Source: a virus
DNA length: 64,000 bases
IMG/VR virus record: IMGVR_UViG_3300026484_000436
Location: 41,640 to 105,639 of that record
Strand: one strand, 5' to 3'
A program made the position numbers and the translations under genes. Position 1 is the stretch's first letter. Every line of letters begins with the position of its first letter. Positions 10,039 through 21,000 of the stretch are shown here, piece by piece. The notes beneath the pieces were generated by a model. It saw nothing but the letters and a program-made list of their open reading frames with translations. It ran no database searches and was not told the origin of the DNA.

Positions 10039-11703
10039 TTACTCCACAAAATTGACATCAATACCATAAAATACTAAATACTCATATTTCTCAGAGTTTA
10101 TGATATCTTCATTTGCTATATTTTTAATATATTGAACTGGATAAACTTCAACTCCATTATCCACGCTTTTATATTTTGTAACCTCAGAAATTATTTTATT
10201 TACTTCCAAAGAACTATTCATTTTATATTCATACTTTTTAATTACTTTTTTGATATAGTTATAAACTTCATCTTGAAACTTATTATTAACTAATTTAACC
10301 TCAAAACTTAATCCTGTTATTTTCGGTATTCCTGGAATATACACTATATTTATGCCTACAATAGAAACTCTTTTCATAAAATTATCCAAATAAAGCAACT
10401 CAGAAGTCGTTAAGTTTTTTCTAATAGGTTCATCCCCTTTTTTAACATAATAAACATTTAAGATGCAACTTTGACTCTTCATAAAATCATTTAATTTTAT
10501 AATTTCTATATTCTCACCTGATACTGAAATTTCCCTTTCAAGAAATTTTTGTTCTATATATAATTCCACCTCATTTTCAGGGTTCGTTACCATCCTTGGG
10601 GTAACTATTAAATTCATTTTTAATAAGTCGTAAAATCTTTTTATAAAGTCGTTCATAGATTCATAACTATACTTTGATAATTTTATTACGGAACCCTCTA
10701 TTAAAAGTTTATATTCTTTTTCGCCATCAAAATCATCCATTTCTTTAAATTTCAATTGCCACCCTGCTGGTATATTTTGCTCGGGTTCTAAATAAACATC
10801 ATCAAAGATATTTGAATTTAAAATATGATAATAATAGTCTTCTTTTGTTACTGCTCTTCCGTTGGTTGTTTTTAAAAAGGGTGCCATAATTTTTATTTTA
10901 TCAAGTGTATCTTCATCTAATCCATAAAAATAAATATCTTTAAATTCAAAATTAAAATTCATTTTAATTTTAAAATCATTAGATTTTAATTTACCATCTG
11001 TTTCCATATAAATAAATTTAACTTTTTTTAAGTTTGTTCCAAAATTATTTTCTAAGTCATTTATATAAATAAATGCCTCTTTATTTGTTTTAGACCAATT
11101 TACGATTTTGTTATTTAGTATATAATCTTCAAACATAGTAGATAATCCAACGATTTCAAGGTCATCAATTATTGCTAACATATTATCATTATCTACACTT
11201 CTTAAAAATTCAGATTTTAGTAATAAGTTGTTTTTCTTATTAAAAAAAGTTTCGATTTCTACTTCTTGTTTAATTCCTATTTTTAAATTTACAAAATCAT
11301 TATATTTTATTTTTTTAGGTTTATCCAAATACACTATATCATAATTTTTTTTATCTATCGTAACTTTTCCTAAAACTTGCCCTAATTCTAAAATTATATC
11401 TTCATTACCTAAATAAACAAATGAAAATTCGGGTGCCTTTGCTCTTTGAAATCTATATCCTAATGGATAAGCGCTTTCAAAAACCGATGTTTCAAGTTTC
11501 GCTTTTTGTAAATATGTTTCTTCTCGGTACATTTTATTTTTGAATAAAGTCATAGAAGTATAACCTGCTAAAAGCGAAGCAATTAAATCAGTCGTAGAAT
11601 TATCCATTTTCGCTTGGATTTCCTTAAAATTATCAAGTGATTTAATATATTTTAAAAAATTTTCTTTTATTTCGTTAAAATCGACTTTTTGAATATCTAA
11701 CAT
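10039..11703 (-). CDS. Baseplate wedge subunit, T4 gp6-like
   Basis: N-terminal DFNEIKENF, ETYLQKA..ETSV...LGY and RAVTKEDY motifs. Confidence 0.8.
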   Translation of the reverse strand: MLDIQKVDFNEIKENFLKYIKSLDNFKEIQAKMDNSTTDLIASLLAGYTSMTLFKNKMYREETYLQKAKLETSVFESAYPLGYRFQRAKAPEFSFVYLGNEDIILELGQVLGKVTIDKKNYDIVYLDKPKKIKYNDFVNLKIGIKQEVEIETFFNKKNNLLLKSEFLRSVDNDNMLAIIDDLEIVGLSTMFEDYILNNKIVNWSKTNKEAFIYINDLENNFGTNLKKVKFIYMETDGKLKSNDFKIKMNFNFEFKDIYFYGLDEDTLDKIKIMAPFLKTTNGRAVTKEDYYYHILNSNIFDDVYLEPEQNIPAGWQLKFKEMDDFDGEKEYKLLIEGSVIKLSKYSYESMNDFIKRFYDLLKMNLIVTPRMVTNPENEVELYIEQKFLEREISVSGENIEIIKLNDFMKSQSCILNVYYVKKGDEPIRKNLTTSELLYLDNFMKRVSIVGINIVYIPGIPKITGLSFEVKLVNNKFQDEVYNYIKKVIKKYEYKMNSSLEVNKIISEVTKYKSVDNGVEVYPVQYIKNIANEDIINSEKYEYLVFYGIDVNFVE

Positions 11704-11706
11704 TTT

Positions 11707-12066
11707 TTACCTTTGTATTATAGTAAATGATTCACTTAAACTATAAACCCCATCCAATCCATTTATTTTAAATACCAATTTTAAAATATATAATCTTGAA
11801 GTAGAGTCTATTGATATATCAGTTTCATCCAAAAGAGTAATCTCAGGGACAAATTTTAAAAGGCAATTTTTTAGTTTTAATTTAATTGCCGTTAAATGCC
11901 AAACTTCAAGAGTCCCAAAAAGATATTCTCTTAAATCACAATCAAAATCTCTACAAAAAAACCAATCACCTTGTATTGATTGTAGTAATAATTTGATTTT
12001 TTGAGTTATAGCATCGACATCATTAACAAATAAATTGTCTGAAATTGATAAATCCGTATAAACCAT
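11707..12066 (-). CDS. Baseplate wedge/sheath initiator, gp25-like
   Basis: YTDL...DAITQKIKLLL...GDWFF..DF pattern; adjacent to gp6. Confidence 0.75.
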   Translation of the reverse strand: MVYTDLSISDNLFVNDVDAITQKIKLLLQSIQGDWFFCRDFDCDLREYLFGTLEVWHLTAIKLKLKNCLLKFVPEITLLDETDISIDSTSRLYILKLVFKINGLDGVYSLSESFTIIQR

Positions 12067-12085
12067 TTTTTCCCTTTTGATGTAT

Positions 12086-12928
12086 TTAATTCAAGTTTAT
12101 TGTGGCACCTTTTATATTAACATTGGCACCGGCAGTTAAATTTATGTTACCCGCCACTTTTATGTTTAAATCCCCATTGACTTCTAGAGTATCATTTAAA
12201 CCTATTTTTGTACTTCTATTACCCTTTATATCAACATTCATATTTTTTAAAACTTGTAAAATAAAATCATCATTATATTCTTTTTTAACTAATTTATCCA
12301 CAACCTCTAACAATTCTTCAAGAATATGATTATATTTATTTTTCAAAAATATATTATCGCTATTCCCCGAAACCATAAAATTTCTATCTTGCATAACATA
12401 ATAAATTTCCGTTCCTGGTACTTTATATTCACTATTCCCTTTTCCATCCACTTTTTGATAATAACCAGTATGATGAACTCTCCACCATTCGCCTGTGGTA
12501 AAATTAAATTTTTCAAAATCATTTTGTTTATTTATTGTCATCTTAGTATTAGGGTAATCTTGTTCTGAAGAATAATTTATATCGGACATATCTGTTATAT
12601 TTGTGTATTTTACTTCGACTTGTTTAACTGTCGTATGTTTGATGTCTTTTTCAGCATCTTGCTGTTCGTGATTATCAGAAACAGCAGAATCAGTTTCTTG
12701 GGCAGAATGATTTGCCTCATCTTTTGCCTTAGTTTTTAATTTATTTTCTTCACTTTTTTGCTTTAACGAAAGCATTTTTTTCGCATTATTTGTCAATTTC
12801 TTTGATTGCTCGTGTAAAGGTTTTGATATAGATTTTAATTTATCCCTAACTTCGTTTTCAAGTGGATGACCCTTTAAGTTATTTTGCCACTCATCTAATT
12901 TTTTATTTACATCACAGAACAAACCCAT
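12086..12928 (-). CDS. Baseplate central spike, gp5 C-terminal beta-helix portion
   Basis: YPN...HHTG motif, V-x-G-N beta-helix repeats, ends GATINLN. Confidence 0.75.
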   Translation of the reverse strand: MGLFCDVNKKLDEWQNNLKGHPLENEVRDKLKSISKPLHEQSKKLTNNAKKMLSLKQKSEENKLKTKAKDEANHSAQETDSAVSDNHEQQDAEKDIKHTTVKQVEVKYTNITDMSDINYSSEQDYPNTKMTINKQNDFEKFNFTTGEWWRVHHTGYYQKVDGKGNSEYKVPGTEIYYVMQDRNFMVSGNSDNIFLKNKYNHILEELLEVVDKLVKKEYNDDFILQVLKNMNVDIKGNRSTKIGLNDTLEVNGDLNIKVAGNINLTAGANVNIKGATINLN

Positions 12929-12940
12929 TTATTCTCCCTT

Positions 12941-15421
12941 TTAACAACTTGGCATATTAAGTTTAAACTTTGGAAACGATAATGAAAAGTTAAATTTTAA
13001 TCCATCAAAATGAAATTTTGGTGCTGCTATTTTACAATTCAAACCATCTTCAAGCATTTTTTCAAACATATCTTCATATATTTTTTCCTGTTCTTCTGCC
13101 CATTTTTTAACCCCATCTTTCATAGAGTCCATAAATGATTTTCCATCATTATTACATAAATCGTTTGGACTCAACCCAAACATACCTAATGCTCCTGATA
13201 TTGAATTTTTGATTGCTCCTATCATATCTGCACCAAATTGGTCTATACTTCCCACGAAATCTGCAATAGCATTACCTAGATTATCAATCGTATCTCCGAT
13301 TGTATCTAATAAATTCAATAACATTCCTAAAAGGCATAAAAGTGCCTTTAATAAACATAATAAAGCACTAATCATATCAAATAATGCCTGTATAGGTCCT
13401 AATATAGAATTTACAATGTCAGCAAATTTATTGATGTATTTTTGTAAAAAGTCTTGTGCTCTTTTTAAATTATCATCTAACCACCCTTGAACTCTTGCTA
13501 TACCTTTATTGACCCATTCTGATAATTTATTGGCATATTCTTGTAATTTATTTTGAAATTTTTGAGCATACCCCATCAATTTTTCTGAAAATTGATTAAT
13601 CTTTGAAGACCATTGTAAAAATTTATTTCTTAAATCTTCAAGGAATGTAGTTTTTTCTTTTTTAAGTTTTTTTGGTTTATCATCTGGTAATTTTTTATTA
13701 CTTTTTGAATTACCACATTTTTGTTCTTCAGGAAAATTATCCACATCCGGCAAATCGTGTATATTCTCGTCCATAATCAATGCTATTTCATTAAAATTAT
13801 TTAATGTAATTTCTCCAAAGGCAGTAACTATTTCCTCAAGATGATTATACTCTATTTCTTTTTCTACTTGTTTAAATTTATCAAATGTTACTTTTTCAAT
13901 GTCTAAGACTTTTGATAAATCAGTTGTTTTTTTCTTAGGAATGTTATCATTGAAATCTGCTGGAAACCTTAAATTATTGAGATTATTTTTTGAAATAACA
14001 TCAATGGGTTTTTTAACTTCTATGCCAGGTAAAGTTGAAATTAACTTATCTATTCCCTTTGTCATTTTCGAAGATTGTAATTCTTCTTTAATTTTTTTTG
14101 ATAATAATTCAATTTCTTTATCAATTTTTATTAAATTATTGTTACTTTTAAAAACAAACTCTGTGGCATTCATTGTAAAATTATTCTTTTTTAACAACTC
14201 GTTTATTTCTTCAATGGATTCAAAAAACCCTGTTCCTAAAATTTCTTCAAGTGTCATTTTTTTAGACATATTTAAAAGACTATAAAATTTAAAATTATCC
14301 TGTAATTCAATCGATGCTTCTTCACTTTTTTCATCAATGGTATTTATAATTGTATGAATACTACTAAAATCAAGAACATCTAAAAATAAACGAATATAAG
14401 CATAAATTGATTTTTCAAAATAAACGATAGAACCGAATTTATCAAATACTTCTTTTTTCAAAAGAGGTTTAACATACTTGAAAGATTGATAACCACTTAA
14501 AAATATCTTAAAAATAGTTTCATATAATTTTCTTTCGATTTCATAATTTTTAAGAATGTAAATTATAGGCAATAAATATAAAAAATCTCCTTGAAAACTT
14601 TTATCTTTTAATAATTTTTCTACAATAAATACCTTTTTAACACCAATATCTATGAAATCTTCAATTAAATTGTATTTTAATTTTTTTGGTATAAAACTAT
14701 AAATTAAGTCAATATATTTATTTTTACTAACAAAATAATTGGGTAATAACTCTTGTGAAAAATTTAAAAATTCCCCATAACCATTTAAAATCTCATCAAG
14801 TTGCGAAGTCAAACCATAAAAGTAAGTATTTTCAAAAGGAAAGACATTTGATAACTTCATCTCTTTTTCTAAATATGGTAAAATTTCTTCATTTTTTTCA
14901 CTCATTTCTTTTATAATTTTGTCTTTTTGTTTATCATTTATAGGTTGGTGTTTCACAAAGGTTGAAACTTCAATAGGTTCATCCATATTAAACAAATCAT
15001 CTGTTTGATTTCTTTCAAGTAATGATATTAAAAACCCATTTTTTTTATTTAGATTGTACTCTTCTATAAAATAAAGAGTCATCATTTTAGCAATGTGTAA
15101 AAAATTAACATATTTGGCAAATTCAAGTGTTAAATCTTTTGGCATAAGATAATCATTTTTTAGTTGAAACATCAACTGATAACCATTTTCAATTTCCCCA
15201 AGAATTGCCATTTTTTGTTCTTCAGGTAAATTTTTAAAATGGTATCCTTTAATCATTTTACTAATGAATTCAGTATTTTTTTGAAAATTATAAAGATTTG
15301 TGATTTTTCTTTCTTCAAAAAGTGTTATAACACCATTCATAAAAATTATATATTCATATATATTATTATATTTTTCAAAATGATAAGTATTGCTACCATA
15401 TTTCTCATAAATTTTTTCCAA
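12941..15421 (-). CDS. Large helical protein with an amphipathic/hydrophobic C-terminus, between the two gp5 halves
   Basis: 826 aa ORF; ~11-residue amphipathic repeats and a Leu/Cys-rich hydrophobic stretch. Confidence 0.5.
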   Translation of the reverse strand: MEKIYEKYGSNTYHFEKYNNIYEYIIFMNGVITLFEERKITNLYNFQKNTEFISKMIKGYHFKNLPEEQKMAILGEIENGYQLMFQLKNDYLMPKDLTLEFAKYVNFLHIAKMMTLYFIEEYNLNKKNGFLISLLERNQTDDLFNMDEPIEVSTFVKHQPINDKQKDKIIKEMSEKNEEILPYLEKEMKLSNVFPFENTYFYGLTSQLDEILNGYGEFLNFSQELLPNYFVSKNKYIDLIYSFIPKKLKYNLIEDFIDIGVKKVFIVEKLLKDKSFQGDFLYLLPIIYILKNYEIERKLYETIFKIFLSGYQSFKYVKPLLKKEVFDKFGSIVYFEKSIYAYIRLFLDVLDFSSIHTIINTIDEKSEEASIELQDNFKFYSLLNMSKKMTLEEILGTGFFESIEEINELLKKNNFTMNATEFVFKSNNNLIKIDKEIELLSKKIKEELQSSKMTKGIDKLISTLPGIEVKKPIDVISKNNLNNLRFPADFNDNIPKKKTTDLSKVLDIEKVTFDKFKQVEKEIEYNHLEEIVTAFGEITLNNFNEIALIMDENIHDLPDVDNFPEEQKCGNSKSNKKLPDDKPKKLKKEKTTFLEDLRNKFLQWSSKINQFSEKLMGYAQKFQNKLQEYANKLSEWVNKGIARVQGWLDDNLKRAQDFLQKYINKFADIVNSILGPIQALFDMISALLCLLKALLCLLGMLLNLLDTIGDTIDNLGNAIADFVGSIDQFGADMIGAIKNSISGALGMFGLSPNDLCNNDGKSFMDSMKDGVKKWAEEQEKIYEDMFEKMLEDGLNCKIAAPKFHFDGLKFNFSLSFPKFKLNMPSC

Positions 15422-15432
15422 TTTTCAATCCT

Positions 15433-15747
15433 TTAAGTCATCGCAGGTGGTATTGAAGAAATTGATTCAACTATAATTCCATTCATAATATCTTCTTCTG
15501 GGAAATATACAATTACTCTAGAGTCTATATTAGGTGTATCATTTTTGGCATTTGCCCCACTTTTGGGTGCCATTTTAATATAATACCAAGGTAAATCTTC
15601 TTTATCAATTTCATCTGTAACCCCATCGATTTGAACTTTTAATCTATTTGCTTTCAGTGGGTCAGCATCATCTACAACAGTTGATTGAAAAAAATTACCT
15701 TTTAAAAAATTTTCAATTAATAATTCTCTTTTATCTGTTAAAATCAT
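15433..15747 (-). CDS. Baseplate spike gp5 N-terminal OB-fold domain, stand-alone
   Basis: VVDDADPLKANRLKVQI...LPW...P-x3-SRVIVYF. Confidence 0.75.
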   Translation of the reverse strand: MILTDKRELLIENFLKGNFFQSTVVDDADPLKANRLKVQIDGVTDEIDKEDLPWYYIKMAPKSGANAKNDTPNIDSRVIVYFPEEDIMNGIIVESISSIPPAMT

Positions 15748-15764
15748 TTCTTCCCTTTATATTT

Positions 15765-16883
15765 TTATTTAATATAAAAATCGCGAGAACAACTTATTAC
15801 AAATTTTTCAAAACCCTTATTTGAAATACTCATCTCTATACCTGTTATTATATAATTGCCTTCGATGGCAAGCGAATGCTCTAATGATTTTTTAGTTATA
15901 TCCTCAAATTCAATCAATTTTAATAATTCAATTTTTGTAAAATCACTAAGATTGTCAAGTGTTATTTCTAAATCAAATGTCTCTAATTTGTTCCTTAAAC
16001 TTATATTAAATCTTCTTGAATAGTTATATTTCTCGTGTGTATTCATATTGTCATTTAACACTTTATATGGATAATAAGGTACTTTATCATAAGGTTCCCC
16101 TGTAAAAAGTGAATTCGTAGGGATATCTTCTGCTATTATTTGGTGGGTTGGTATTTGAAAATTTTGTGCCTTTCTTTCTGGACTTAATTTATAACTATAA
16201 ATATCAAAATTTCCTGAAAAAATAAAGTTAGTGAATTGAATTTCATCACTTTTTTTGCTTTTCATATTTGTAATTTTTAAAGGTTTTTGTTTAAGAATGT
16301 TTGAAAAGGTATTTATCTTAAATTTCTTTTCAGGTGAAATAAATCCTAAAGATAAATCATTATCAAAATATATATAGTCATATAAATACTCTAAAAATTT
16401 TTTTTCTGTTATATTGTATCTTAACCAGGTTTGCATATCATCACTCGCCCCTTTCGTTGTCAAATCGACAAATTCAATATTCTTCAATTCAGACATAACT
16501 TCAAGAGCACTTTTTTCTTTGAATGCTTCTTGTTTAAAATCATTTTGAAAAAAATCTGTTAAATCTACTAAGCAATTCAATGTAACATTAAACATTCCAA
16601 CTTCGTTTTTTGTGAAAATAAAACTCGAAATTTGAAAAAACATTTTTTTGATATACCTATCATTAGCAGCAATATCAACCTCAACAGGGGCACCTTGAAA
16701 CATTATCTTAGACAATCTATCATAAGTTAGAGTCAAGTGTATTGAAGCATAAGGTAAATTTTCTGGGTGTAACTTATAACTTATTCCAATTGACTTAAAT
16801 TCGATTTTTTCTATTTTTAAATTATTTATTGTAATCTTATTTTGAAAATTTTCATCATTTGATAAAACATAATTTTTACCCAT
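15765..16883 (-). CDS. Baseplate hub protein (gp27-like)
   Basis: 372 aa, precedes the gp5 OB gene; C-terminal GNYIITGI...SRD motif. Confidence 0.55.
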   Translation of the reverse strand: MGKNYVLSNDENFQNKITINNLKIEKIEFKSIGISYKLHPENLPYASIHLTLTYDRLSKIMFQGAPVEVDIAANDRYIKKMFFQISSFIFTKNEVGMFNVTLNCLVDLTDFFQNDFKQEAFKEKSALEVMSELKNIEFVDLTTKGASDDMQTWLRYNITEKKFLEYLYDYIYFDNDLSLGFISPEKKFKINTFSNILKQKPLKITNMKSKKSDEIQFTNFIFSGNFDIYSYKLSPERKAQNFQIPTHQIIAEDIPTNSLFTGEPYDKVPYYPYKVLNDNMNTHEKYNYSRRFNISLRNKLETFDLEITLDNLSDFTKIELLKLIEFEDITKKSLEHSLAIEGNYIITGIEMSISNKGFEKFVISCSRDFYIK

Positions 16884-17161
16884 TATTTACCTTTTTGATT
16901 TTTTATTATATAATCTTTTATAAGTGTTTTAACCGAAATCATATCAGGAATTTTCACTACATTGACTTCGAATGGATTTATAATATCATTATAAAGAGCA
17001 ATAACCCACCACATATTCAAATCAGTGTAATGCTTTAATGCTAATGTGTCAAGATTATCTTCTTCAATTGAAATGTAATTTAATTTTTTTAATTTATTTA
17101 CAAAATCATTGCTCAAAAAATCATACATTCCGTTTTCGTAGTTAAAAATTTGTCCAATCAA
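16883..17161 (-). CDS. Baseplate wedge protein, gp53/LysM-like
   Basis: LDTLALKHY...WWVIALYNDIINPF. Confidence 0.75.
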   Translation of the reverse strand: MIGQIFNYENGMYDFLSNDFVNKLKKLNYISIEEDNLDTLALKHYTDLNMWWVIALYNDIINPFEVNVVKIPDMISVKTLIKDYIIKNQKGK

Positions 17162-17178
17162 TTCTTTTCCTTTTTATA

Positions 17179-17207
17179 ATTATATCATAAAAATACTTAA
17201 AAGTCAA
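17179..17207 (-). promoter_or_regulatory. Sigma70-type promoter
   Basis: TTGACT-17 nt-TATAAT with extended TG. Confidence 0.75.
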
Positions 17208-17213
17208 GTATTT

Positions 17214-17999
17214 TTAACTAAATGCTGTTTTTATTTTGAAAATTTTAGCATATTCATCTGCGAATAGACTTCTATAAAATTCAAAACTTAAATCTACTTC
17301 TATGAAAATAGGATTCCCTTCTTCGTCCCTATCATTTGATATTCTGGCATTGCCACTTTTTAAATACAACCCTCCTGGAATTTCAAGTATGTTATTTATA
17401 GTAACTTGAAATAATTCAGTATCCAGGTCAAGTACAGGATTTAATTTTGTCTTTCCTGCATCATATAGATATTGAGTAGTTGGAGCATTTAATGCCAAGA
17501 GTTTATCTTTAATATCTCCCGTATCCATCGCCCCTACTGTAGGTTTGGCAAGTGTTCCCCTTGTTATGAATTTAATAATATCATCATAATTTATAACATC
17601 AAACATTCCAGGAATTACAAAAAATTTTAAATTAAAAGCAATTTTCCCTTCACTGCTTTTATAAAGTTGAATTGATTCTGCCATAGATTCTCCAATAGCA
17701 TCTTTTGCCATTGTATTCGCAGCACCTTTAACTACACCATCCAATCCAAATTTTTTAACGAATGGGATATTACTCGCAAATTCCCCTGCCATATTCGCAG
17801 CACCCCTTGCTATTTTTGTCGCACCACCTGTTAAAGGAGCACTATCTGTCGTCATTGAAGTTGAAAAACCAAAATCTTCATTATATAATCCATAAATAGT
17901 TTTACACTCCATTTTTTTAGGTGGTATTATTGTAACACCATAAGTTTTAAAAATATCACTTTTCGTTTGACCTTCAATTTGAAGAAAATTTGTAGTCAT
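17214..17999 (-). CDS. Tail tube initiator / baseplate protein (gp48/gp54-like)
   Basis: Position after the tape measure; C-terminal GNP..IEVDLSF motif. Confidence 0.5.
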   Translation of the reverse strand: MTTNFLQIEGQTKSDIFKTYGVTIIPPKKMECKTIYGLYNEDFGFSTSMTTDSAPLTGGATKIARGAANMAGEFASNIPFVKKFGLDGVVKGAANTMAKDAIGESMAESIQLYKSSEGKIAFNLKFFVIPGMFDVINYDDIIKFITRGTLAKPTVGAMDTGDIKDKLLALNAPTTQYLYDAGKTKLNPVLDLDTELFQVTINNILEIPGGLYLKSGNARISNDRDEEGNPIFIEVDLSFEFYRSLFADEYAKIFKIKTAFS

Positions 18000-18011
18000 T
18001 ATTCATCTCCT

Positions 18012-21000
18012 TTATAATAAGGCAAAAGCACTCATTAAATTTTTATTTATAGTATAGTTATTCACTATATTATGTGTTTGTGATGAAGCATCCATTATAC
18101 CACCACTACTTTCTTTTGTCGCCGTCGCTGCTGCGGCACCTCCTGTTAAAACCTTTCCTTTAATAGTATCAGATGTAGTTGTATCTGCTTTTTGTTTTAA
18201 ATCAGGTGAATCTGGATCTTGTGTTTCGACATCTTTACTTTCTACATCCTTTACTTCTTTTGATTCTTCAGGGTCAACCTCAGGTTCTCCATCAGGTGTT
18301 TCAGGTAAATCGTCATCATCGAATATATCAAACCCTAAAAATTGTTTTGAAATTGCATCTTTTAAAGGTATTTTATCGTGAAGTGTCATATAAGCAATTT
18401 TTGCAGCATCATATGCCAATAATCCTGCTCCCACGAATGGGACTGCTCTTGCTGCCATTTTTGCTGATAACTTAGCGGCAATTTTTGCGCCACCTTTTTT
18501 ACCAAACTTCTTAAAAATTTTACCTTTGATTTCTTTTAATTTACTTAAAATTGATTTACCTGAAGGTTTTTTCACCTTTTTACCGATTTTCTTTTTTGCA
18601 TCGGGATTTTTAGATTTACCTGATGTTTTTTTCTTGTCTTTTCCTTTATCATCGCCTTTATCTTTCGAATTGTCAGAATCGCCAAATTCATCATCGTCCG
18701 TATCAATTTCCGGTGTTTCACTTTTAAAAAGATTTAAAGGATTTAATTTTGAAGAAAATTGTTTTACTTTACCCCAAGCACCTTTAATTTTACCCATAAA
18801 TTTTTTACCTAATCCACTAACTTTTGATAAAAGTTTTTTCCCGGAATCCATAAATCCATTCATAACAATACCAAGAACACTACCAATTAGACCACCCACA
18901 CCAGATTTGCCATCTTCATCTTTTTTTGGATCTCCTTTTGTGCCTAATTCTCCTGTTTTATTTACTTCTTCTTTTTTACCCCATTTATTTTTCATAAAGT
19001 CAAGGATTTTGTAACTTATTGTAGAAATTTCCGATAAATAATAATCATTTGTCGCGACAGGTTTGGGAATTTTAGTTTCAACTTTACTCGGTATAGGTTC
19101 CATTTTTGGATTTTTAGATCCAACTTCGGGTGTTCCAACATCTCCATTTATGGTATTTTTTTCAACATCATCCTCATTCCCATTTTTAGTGTCATCAGGA
19201 GTTGTAGGAATACCTAATTTTTTTGCTTTCATTTTTTCAAGCACTTCATTATGAAAATCTGTATTTTTATAGTTTTCTTTCATTTGTGCTATTTTTGATG
19301 TTACAGGTTGTGCTATATTGACTATCTTATCTTTAACTCCACCTGCGAATTCTGAAACTTTATCTTTCGCTGTGTTTATTTTTTCGGCAGTCGATTGATA
19401 AATTTTCGAACCTTGAATTTTATCTTTAATTTTAGAACCTATACTTTTTGCTTTATTGAAAAATCTATCTTTTAAAACACCTGCTGCTGAAAATAAATAA
19501 TCTTTTGTTTCTTTCGATTTTTGATATAATTTTGAATTTTTTATTTTTTCGGCAATTTTTCCTGCACCTGATAAAACTTTTTTACTTAATTCCTCACCTA
19601 AAACACTTCCCCATTCTTCAAGTGAAGAAGTTTTATTTAATGATTCAACCATTTCATTTTTTGAATTTATTTTATTTTTTTCTTCTGGGTCATCTTTATG
19701 TTTAGATTTTTCAAGTAACTCTTTCTTTTCTTGTTCTGATAATTCATCTTTTTTTAGTTTTAATTCTTCAGCAGCAATCAAATCAATATTCTCAAGATAC
19801 CCTAATTGTTTTTCGGCATATTCTTTTTGTGTTTTTTGGTATTCTTCAAATTCATTAAAATAGTCTTGTTCTAATTCTTTTATTTTTTCATTTAACTTTT
19901 TAGTATCATCTTTATAAACTTCTTCAAGGATTTTTTTATCTTCTTCAAGTTGTTTAGATTGATTTTCTTTAAAAGTTTCAATATCTTTTTTATAAGTTTC
20001 AAGTAAGTAATTTTGAAGTTTTTCCTGTTTATTATCCAATGTTTCATTTAGTTGGGTTACTTTTTTATCGTACTCTTCTTGAATTTCTTCAAGTTGTTTT
20101 TCTTTTGCTACTTCAAGATATTTCTGTTTCTTTTTCAATTCTTCATTGGATTCAATTAAAACTTCTTTTAATCCATTTATTTCACTTTGGATGTCTTCTT
20201 TTGATTTTTGTTCTAATTTTTTTTCAAGTTCTAATTTTTCGTTTTTATATTCTTCAAGTTGTTTTTTAGTGTCCCCACCTAAACTTTCTTCTAATTTTTG
20301 AAGAGTTTCGTTTGATTGGGCAGTTGCTGTTAATTTTTGTGCTTCAAGATTATTATTAAATTCTTCAATTGCTTTTAAATACTCTTCACTATTTTTATCC
20401 TCATATTGAGATTCAAGTTCTTCAAGTTGCTGTTTTGAATTTTCATCAATTTCTTTTAATATATTTTCAAGTGATTTATTCTGTTCTTCAACTTGCGAAA
20501 AATACCCATCTAACCCTTGATATTTTTCACCCAAACCTGCTAATTGTTTATTAACTTCTTCGTGAGAAACGGAACCTTCAAGTTGATTCAATAATTCAGT
20601 TACTTTTTCTTTATATTGTTTTGCTTCTTCTGAATTATCATTTAACAAAACTTGACTAATATCTTCATCCGAAATTTTTAAGTTATTTGCCTCTTTAATT
20701 TTTGAATCTCTCTCGGTCTGGAGATTCATTATTCTTTTCTTATGGGCATTTTTTAATCTATTCACATTCTCAAAATTATTTTTCAAATATTCGGAAACAT
20801 CTGCATCTTTTTGATTTTCAATAAGTTTTAAAATGCTTTTTGCTGACATTTCAAAACCGACCATTTCAAGTGCTTTAGCAACTTGACCCTCACTTATTTT
20901 CTTTTCATTTATATAAGGGAATATATATTGTTTAATTTCTTCAATTCTTCCACTATCATTTTCTGGGTTAAGACTTTTGAAATCTTCTTCAACTATTTTG

